Of a stretch of 64,000 nt of DNA, positions 55,283-64,000 are shown in pieces. Below the pieces are notes generated by a model. It was given only the letters and a program-made list of their open reading frames with translations. It made no database searches and was not told the origin of the DNA. Position 1 is the first letter of the stretch. Every line of letters begins with the position of its first letter. The stretch is from assembly GCF_009914755.1 (NCBI RefSeq), contig NC_060930.1, one strand, 5' to 3'. The position numbers were made by a program, and so were the translations under genes. This DNA comes from the human T2T-CHM13v2.0 reference genome, Homo sapiens.

Positions 55283-57594
55283 CAGGGATAGCTGGGAGAT
55301 GTCATGGGTTCAGTTTATGACCACACAATAAAGCAAGCCACACAAATCTTTTGGTTTCTCAGTGCATATAAAAATTACGTTTACACTGTATGGTAGCCTA
55401 TTAAGTGTGCAACAGCATTATGTCCAAAAAAAGTACAGATTATTAATTAAAACATACTTTATTGCTAAAAAATGTTAACAATCATCTGAGTCTCAAGTGA
55501 GTCATAACCTTTTTGCTGGTGGAGGATCACGCCTCAATGTTGATAGCTGCTGACTGATCAGGGTGGTGGTTGCTGAAGGCTGGGGTGGCTGTGACAATTT
55601 CTTAAAGTAAGACAATGATGAAGTCTGCTGCATCTATTGACTCTTCTTTCATGAAAGATTTATCTGTAGCATACGATGCTGTTTGACAGCATTTTTACCA
55701 ATAGTAGACCTTCTTTCAAAATTGAGGTCAATCCTCTCAAACCCTACTACTGCTTTATCAACTAAGTTTGTGTGACAGCCTAAATCTTTTGTTCTAGAAT
55801 CTACCATTTCAACAATATTCACTGCATCTTCACCAGGAGTAGATTCTATCTCAAGAATTCTATCTTCACTTTCTTTGCTCATCCATAAGAAGCAACTCCT
55901 CAACCATTAAAGTTTGCAGCAATCCAGTCATATCTTCAGACTACACTTACTGCTGTTAGTATTTTGACCACCTCTCACGAATCACAAATATTCTTAATGG
56001 CCTCTAAATGGTGAATACTTTCCAGAAGGCTTTCAATTTGCTTTGCCCAGATCAGAGGAATCAAAAGAATTTGCCATCAAAGGAATCACTATCTATAGCT
56101 ATAAGCTATAGCCTTACAAAATGTATTTCGTAAATAAGACTGGAAAGTTAACATGATTCCTTGATCCACGGGCTGCAGAATGGATGTTGTGTTAACAGGC
56201 ATGAAAACAACATTCATCTCCTTGTACAGCTCCATCATAGCTCGTGGGTGACCAGGTACATGGTCAATGAGCAGGAATATTTTGAGAGGAGCTGTTTTGT
56301 CTCAGCAGTAGGTGTCAGCTGTGGGCTTAAGATATTCAGGAAACCATGCTGTAAACAGATGTGCAGTCATCCAGGCTTTGTTGTTCCATCTACAGAGCAC
56401 AGGCAGAGTAGATTTAGCATAACTCTTAGGGCCCTAGGATTTTCAAAGTGATAAATGAGCACTGGCCTCACCCTAAAGTTACCAGCTACATTAGCCCCTA
56501 ACAAGAGAATCAGAAATGTCCTTTGAAGCTTTAAAGCCAGGCAGTGACTTCTCCTCTCCAGCTATTAAAGTCCTGGGTGGCATCTTCTTCCAATAGGAGG
56601 CTATTTCATCTATCTTGAAAATCTGCTGCTTAGTGTAGCCACCTTCGTCAATGATCTTAGCTAGGTCTTCTGGGTAACTTGCTGCAGCTTCTACAGAAGC
56701 AGCTGCTGCTTCTTCTTGCATTTTTATGTTATGGAGATGGCTTCTGTTCTTCATCTTATGAATCAACCTCTGCTAGCTCCAAGATGAATCAACCTCTGCT
56801 AGCTCTAAGCTTTTGTTTTGCACCTTCCGCACCTCTCTCAGCCTTCACAGAATTGAAGAGTTAGGGCCTTGCTCCGAATCAGGATTTGGCTTTAGGGAAT
56901 GTTGTGGCTGGTTTGGTCTTCTATCCATACCCACTCAAACTTTCTCCATATCAGCAATGGCTGCTTTGCTTTCTTATCATTCCTGTGTTCACTGGAGTGC
57001 TTGGACTTTCCTTCAAGAACTTTTCCTTTGCATTCACAACTTGGCAAACTGTCTTAAGAGGCTTAGCTTTCAGCCTATCTCAGCTTTCAACATGCCTTCT
57101 TCACTAAGCTTAATCATTTCTAGCTTTTGATTTAAAGTGAGAGAGATGTGGCTCTTCCTTTCACTTCAACACTTAAAGAGACTACTGTAGGGTTATTAAC
57201 TGGCCTAATTTCAATATTGTATCTCAGGGAATAGGGAGATTGGAGGACAGGGAGAGATGGGGGAACAACCAGTCAGTGGAGCAGTCAGAATACACACATT
57301 TATCTATTAAATTCTGTCTTCTATGGGTGTGGTTTGTGATGTTCCAAAACAATTACAATAGTAACATCAAAAATCATCGATTACAGATCACTACAATAGA
57401 TATAATAATAATGAAAAGTTTTGAAATATTGTGAGAATTACCAAAATGTGACATAGGCACACAAGTAAGCACATGCTGCTGGAAAAATAGGGCCAAAACA
57501 CTTGTTGAACACGGAGTTGCCATAACCTTCAGTTGGTAAAAACAAAACAAAATACCACAGTATCTGCAAAGTGTAACAAAAAGGGGTATGCTTG
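55283..57594 (-). mobile_element. Tigger1 DNA transposon, near full length (2312 bp), inserted in a MIR
   Basis: TA TSD at 55281-55282 and 57595-57596; degenerate CAGGCATACC-type TIRs (CAGGGATAGC / GGTATGCTTG); MIR halves at ~55170-55280 and ~57597-57700. Confidence 0.95.
55649..57135 (-). pseudogene. Decayed Tigger1 (pogo-family, TIGD1-like) transposase
   Basis: ORF fragments [47 protein letters not shown] and [27 protein letters not shown] separated by frameshifts and stops. Confidence 0.9.
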
Positions 57595-57996
57595 TAGCAC
57601 TATTCTCATTTTAACTTGAAATGGTCAGATAGTTGGTAAATGACCAAGCTGGGACTGAATTCGGTCCATTTAACTCTAAAATCTGTGCTTAACACTTATG
57701 TTTACAAGAGAGAGTTGAGATGGGCCCTGCTGAGAGCATGAGAGTTAACTACTTGAATCTGTACCCAAATCTAGGATTCTAACATATTTTCAGGAACAGC
57801 ACAAAGGACACAATATAAAGAACAATTTAAAATAGTCCTGTGTAAGGTAGATTCCATCTTTGAGCTTTTGGTTATAAAGACATTTGAAGAACTAGACAAA
57901 ATTATGTGCTTGTGGTTATCCATTATATAAATTATCTCCTGTCATTCTGAAGGATTATTTTATTTATAATCTGAAGACCTACCTTAGGAGGGGGTG

Positions 57997-58285
57997 GGCT
58001 GGGTGTGGTAGCTCATGCCTGTAATCCCAGCACTTTGGGAGACCGAGGAGGGCAGATCACTTGAATTCAGGAGTTCAAGACAAGCTTGAGCAATGTGGGG
58101 AAACCCCAGCTCTACAAAAAATACAAAAATTAGCTGGGCATGGTGGCACATGCCTGTAATCCCAGCGACTCTGAAGGCTGAGGTGGGAGGATCACCTGAG
58201 TCCAGGGAGGTCGAGGCTGCAGTGAGCTGAGATCACGCCACTGCATTCCAGCCTGGGTGACAGAGCGAGAGAGACAGAGAGAGAG

Positions 58286-58323
<38 letters not shown>

Positions 58324-58410
58324 AAGGAAAGAAAGAGGAAAGGAAAGGAAAGGAGGAAAAGAGAAGAAAAGAGAAGAAAGGAAAAGAAAAGAAAAGAAAA
58401 AAGAAAGGTG
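57997..58410 (+). mobile_element. AluJb-like with long (GA)n/(GAAAA)n tail
   Basis: Full dimer followed by a ~140-bp purine-rich tract. Confidence 0.93.
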
Positions 58411-58480
58411 GAGGGGAATCGAGTTTGCAAGTATCACCAGGTATGACTAAAACAATTTCTTGCTCCTTTAAGGTTTTGAA

Positions 58481-58642
58481 CAGAGATCAGCAAACTATGG
58501 CCTGCGAGCCAAAAATAAATTTTATATTTTTAAAGTATTGTTTAGAAAAAGAATAATTTGTAACAGAGACTTTATGTTGCCCACAAGGCCTGAAATTTTT
58601 ATTATCTGGTCCTTTACCAAAAACATTTGTTGACCTCTGCTC
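58481..58642. mobile_element. MER58-like hAT MITE
   Basis: TIRs CAGAGATCAGCAAACT / TTTGTTGACCTCTG. Confidence 0.78.
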
Positions 58643-58729
58643 TAGATCTTAAAAATGGGTGCACAAAGTATGAAATAGGTGTAATAGAGAATAAAGTCCC
58701 TAGTTAGAAAAAGCAATTCCCTAAAGGTT

Positions 58730-58932
58730 GTTTTTTTTGAGACAAGGGATCAAGCCATCCTCCCACTTCGGCCTCCCAAGTAGCTGGGACTACAGGTGCA
58801 TGCCATCACCTCTGGCTAATTTTTAAATTTTTTGTAGAGACAGTGTCTTGCTGTGTTGCTGGTCTTAACCTCCTGGCTTCAAGCTATCCTCCCACTTCGG
58901 CCCCCCAAAAGTGTAAGCCACCATGCCCAGCC
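58730..58932 (-). mobile_element. AluJ with multiple deletions
   Basis: Partial antisense Alu arms. Confidence 0.85.
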
Positions 58933-59528
58933 CCTACAGGTTTAAGTGTCCAAGGGATTTTTTTTTTAATATCAACAACAAAGATTCCCAGAGTCAGATT
59001 TTCAAATGGATCTAGCCTCCCAACTTAGCATCAATGAGATGATATTAGGGGACAAAAAAAGAAAAAGAAGATGCTGAGAAGCTTGGGGAAGAATCAGAAT
59101 TATCCAGGTTTAGAGCTGCAAGGAACCGTATAGAAACTATGGACCAACGTTCTCTAGCTCCGTAAATGAAGAAACACCCAGGGACGAGGCAGTGACTTCA
59201 GGCTGCGATGTGTCGGCATAGCACAGTCCTGTCTCCGGGCTCCTAGGCCACGTCTATTCTCACTGTGCCATGAGGCCTTTACCTTATTACAGAGACATGC
59301 TCTGCAAACCAAGGTGTGGTGGACAGCTTTTTAAAAGGTCAGACGAAAACCAGCAGCTCTGCAAAGAATGTGTGATCTGAAGGTGAAGTCTCAACCCATT
59401 TTGTTAAGAAAAATTAATGTTTCTTTTTTTATAATGCTTTTTTGAATTTCAAAAGTGGTACACATTCATTATAGAATTTTCATTAAGAAAATTATTTTTC
59501 AATAAGGAAATTCAAAAAAAGAGAATAA

Positions 59529-60190
<662 letters not shown>

Positions 60191-60928
60191 TACAGTATTT
60201 TTTTTCACTTAATGTCAGCATTTTTGTGTCACGTAAATTTTCCTAAAACCTTTTAACATTATACAATTCCATTGTGTGTATGTATAATAATTTCTGTAAC
60301 TTCTAGGACGGACCAGCTTATAGAAAGAATGTTTTACCTCGCCCTCACCAACAGTGATTATGAGCATTATTCAAAATATTTTTCCATTTGATAAGCACGA
60401 AATGGTTTCTCTTTGTTTCACACTGACGTTGATCCTTTCTTCACATGGCATTTATTTATATGCCATCTTTTGTGAATTGTCTATTCCCAATGTCACACGT
60501 CCTATTCCCATTTTTCTTCTGAGGTATTCATCTTCTTTTTGATGATAAGAGCCAAACAGAAAAGATTTTAACCTTTTCTTCTATCACAAATATTGTATGT
60601 TTCCCACTTTTCCATTTGCCTTTTAATTTTGTCTTTTTAATTTGTTGTTGTTTTAATCTTGAAATGTAGCATTTCCAGCTAGTCAAATCCTCTGCATTTG
60701 TCCTTTGTAATGCCATATAAGGGATGATCTACCGAAGCTGGCTAATGACCTATTAGTTTCTAAAAAGCAGCCAGTGTAAGTCCCCCAAATCTGCACAGCC
60801 TGCAGAGGTTCCACTCAGTGTTGGCCAGATGGAAGGAATGTGGAGTAGAAACGCTACCAGATGGACTATGAGTCAGGAGGCCCAGATGCTTGTCCTGGGT
60901 TTGCTGCTTGCTTGCTGCAAGTCCTTAG

Positions 60929-61345
<417 letters not shown>

Positions 61346-62769
61346 TGACATGTGAAAGAAGGGAAGTCAGTGCTAGATGTTCCAGGCTAGTCAGAATCCA
61401 CAACCCCAGAGAGACCTGTCAGTGAGAAGAGGGAAGAAGGTGAGAGATGGTAAAAACGAATGTCTGACAGGAGAAAACTTGCAGCCCTTTTGACATGTGG
61501 CTTATAGAATTTATTTCAAGTAAATCAGCATGATCTGGAAAGTCAAAGGCAGCAGAGAACCAAAACTGAAAAAGGGCTTACTTCTAGTGCATAGATTTTT
61601 CCCAGAAAAGGCACCAGGTAATCTGACTGTGACTTCCTCTAAGCCAGTTGGGGGATTATAAATGTTGGATATGGGCATAAAAGCCAGAATAAAAAGATCC
61701 AAAAGGGATGTGGATGACAAAAGTGGTACAAGTTTTGATGTAAAAGGGAAAAGCTGTTCATGAGGGTCATCATGTTGAGAGAGATCTCTTTGAGGGCTGG
61801 TATAGATCAGATCATAAAAACAAAAGGGACAAAAGACAACGAAACTCAAGCATAGGAGAAGAAATGGTCTCAAGACAGTTTGGCAGGTTTGTAGTACAGA
61901 TGAAAGTGATGTCCTCTGTCCCGTGGAAATACCCGCAAACACAATATCGTGAAATAAGAATATGTGCTTTGAAGTATTAAGGTGCTGGCAAGAAAGGCAA
62001 GGTGTTAGTTACATAATAGTGGCATTGTGTTGTGGGTGCCACCAACAAAGCCCTGAGTCCAGGTGACACAGGGTCATGAGAAATCACATTAATGAGCTAA
62101 AGTCCTTACCTACCATTGCTAACTAACTAGTATTTTATTTATGTGTATTTAACAATTATTTTTTCTTGCATAAATTAAGTAATAACACCTGTTTTCTTCA
62201 CTTTATTGCTACTTTAGTAGTTATTTATCCTTTCCATTTTATTTTAGCACTGATTAAAACATAAAATGTCTTTAGGAAATGTTATGTCCTAATTTATGGT
62301 TTATTTTAATCTTAGCAGTCAAACACTGATGACATTGCATCTCTTTAAAAAATTAGCCTATTATCACACACCAATAAATACATTCTTTAAAAAAAAAATC
62401 TCATTCTCAAATGAGAAGAAACCACAAAGCAATGAGGCAATGAAGGAAGAAAAACAAATCCTGAGTCTTTCACCTGGCCCAACAGGGTGTATTAAGAGTA
62501 ATTATGGAGTGTATTAAGAATCATTAAAGTAATATTTCCTTGGGTTTCTGTGATGAAGGATGGCTCATCTGTTCACTTCCAATACTTAATTTTTTCAAGC
62601 TTGCTGTCTTTCATGTAAATAAAAAGGAAAGAGTAACTTTCCTTTTCCAAAAAACACAGAAGGGCAAAAACTACACTACAAATAGCTTTTACCCTCAGGC
62701 TCAAAGTTCTCAATAAATTAAATCTCCATTATTGTTTACTCTGTTGTGGATACAACTGAAAAAAGATTA

Positions 62770-63140
62770 ACCGGGTCCCACTTTAGAGATGAGAAAATGG
62801 GCCCACAGAAACAGCCTAAATCAATCTATAATACACAAAGAAACAAAGGCCAGCCTTTCCATCCAAAGGCCTCTCCTGGGATCTCGGTTCACAGTCTCCA
62901 TTCAGGGTTCAACAGCACCCCTTCAGGACTGCACCCTAAGTTTTTAAAGGAGGGAGATGTGCAGGAAGGAACACTGACCAGGAGCAGGTAACTGAAGCTC
63001 AGCCCTAGCTTTAGCCCATGCTATTTCTATGATCTTGGGAAAGTAATTTTCATCTTCCTATGGCCCCATTTCCTTCAATATAAAATGGAGATAATATTTA
63101 CACCTACTGCCTCAGTGTTTATAAAGTTCAAATGGAGGAA
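62770..63140. mobile_element. Two MIR fragments
   Basis: TTTAGAGATGAGAAAAT (antisense); TGATCTTGGGAAAGT..TATAAAATGGAGATAAT (sense). Confidence 0.65.
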
Positions 63141-63230
63141 AGGGCTCTTTTCAAAATACAGGCCACCTGTGTTATTTATGAATTTAAAATAGAAGAATAA
63201 AGCAACTAAAATAATGATTTTTAAACTTAC

Positions 63231-63267
63231 ATCATCCTCTCATTCATGAATTTCATAAACTCATCTC
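63231..63267 (-). ncRNA. Candidate exon B (37 nt)
   Basis: ctttaag|GAGATG..GATGAT|gtaagt; acceptor is weak, with an alternative TAG 9 nt upstream. Confidence 0.45.
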
Positions 63268-63796
63268 CTTAAAGTGCTACATGGCATACATGTAAGAATA
63301 AACATAATTTTTTATTTCAATTATTTGTTTTAATCAACTAAGAGAACTATTTTGTGTGTATGTATAATATTGACATTTTATGGTAAGGAAAATTATAATG
63401 TGGCACAAATAGCATATCAATTCTTTTCTTAAAGTGTTGATAAACCAAAAAACTGTCAATATGCTAATAATAAAGTTGCATTTTGCTCTAAATTAAATGT
63501 ACACTTTCGATTTAAGATTTTATTCACAAAATAAACAGTACCACTGCATAAAAAAATTACATGATGATATAAAATACTATGTGAAGGAGTTGGCAAATTA
63601 TGTTTATAGCTGTTCTTTAAACCTAGACAATTCTAATCTAGAATTCGATCTAAAAATAAGATACTTCTGCATTTTTAACCCTTAAAAAATTGTCCATTCA
63701 ATACTACTCATTAAAGCAAAAAAGAAAAAAATTTTTCAACTTACATACAAAAATTCCATGAGTTTTAAAATAATAAGAAAGTGTGCTATAACCTAC

Positions 63797-63864
63797 CGAT
63801 TACTTTGAATAAAGGATATTTATCAACAATTACACTGGGTAAAAACGTTCCTTTCTCTGAAACC
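63797..63864 (-). ncRNA. Candidate exon A (68 nt)
   Basis: ttctttctcattaaacattgctcctccag|GGTTTC..AATCG|gtaggt; alternative donor TAT|gtaagt at 63745. Confidence 0.55.
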
Positions 63865-63982
63865 CTGGAGGAGCAATGTTTAATGAGAAAGAATTATTTA
63901 TGCCTACAAACACAGAACTGTAATAGGTAGTTTTAATGTAACACATCACAGCAGTAGATGCAGGCGGCCAGAAACGTGTTAC

Positions 63983-64000
63983 CTGGTTTTGACTTATACC
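63983..64000 (-). ncRNA. Candidate upstream exon end (runs off window)
   Basis: CAG|gtaaca donor giving a 118-nt intron to exon A. Confidence 0.35.

Noticed and set aside
56491-56766. TIGD1 gene call
   Set aside because: Lies within a TIR- and TSD-bounded Tigger1 copy with multiple frameshifts.

Overview
Primate, almost certainly human or ape, genomic DNA. It is intronic/intergenic in character and dominated by interspersed repeats: about 39 Alu copies or fragments, L1M, L2, L3, MIR, three ERV1 solo LTRs (LTR8A-like, HERV-H LTR7, MER4E), MaLR LTRs, a near full-length Tigger1 and MITEs. I recognise no protein-coding gene. The ORF track is largely explained by Alu, L1 and Tigger1 translation, simple repeats and chance ORFs. 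The only gene-like signal is a chain of minus-strand GT-AG exon candidates (donor at 63983; 63797-63864; 63231-63267; possibly 41780-41823; 22252-22501). It suggests a spliced lncRNA or 5'UTR starting near or beyond the right edge and carrying a 64-codon spliced ORF. The most unusual structures are: four LTRs nested in one L2; a ~100-bp polyadenylated LTR fragment retroposed with TSDs; a ~105-bp dispersed duplication of non-repeat sequence; a perfect 27-bp-arm AT-rich palindrome at an Alu 5' junction; and repeat-free, CpG-retaining enhancer-like blocks. I found no evidence for a wholly new biological system. Repeat subfamily names come from recalled consensus features, and boundaries of old repeats are approximate.
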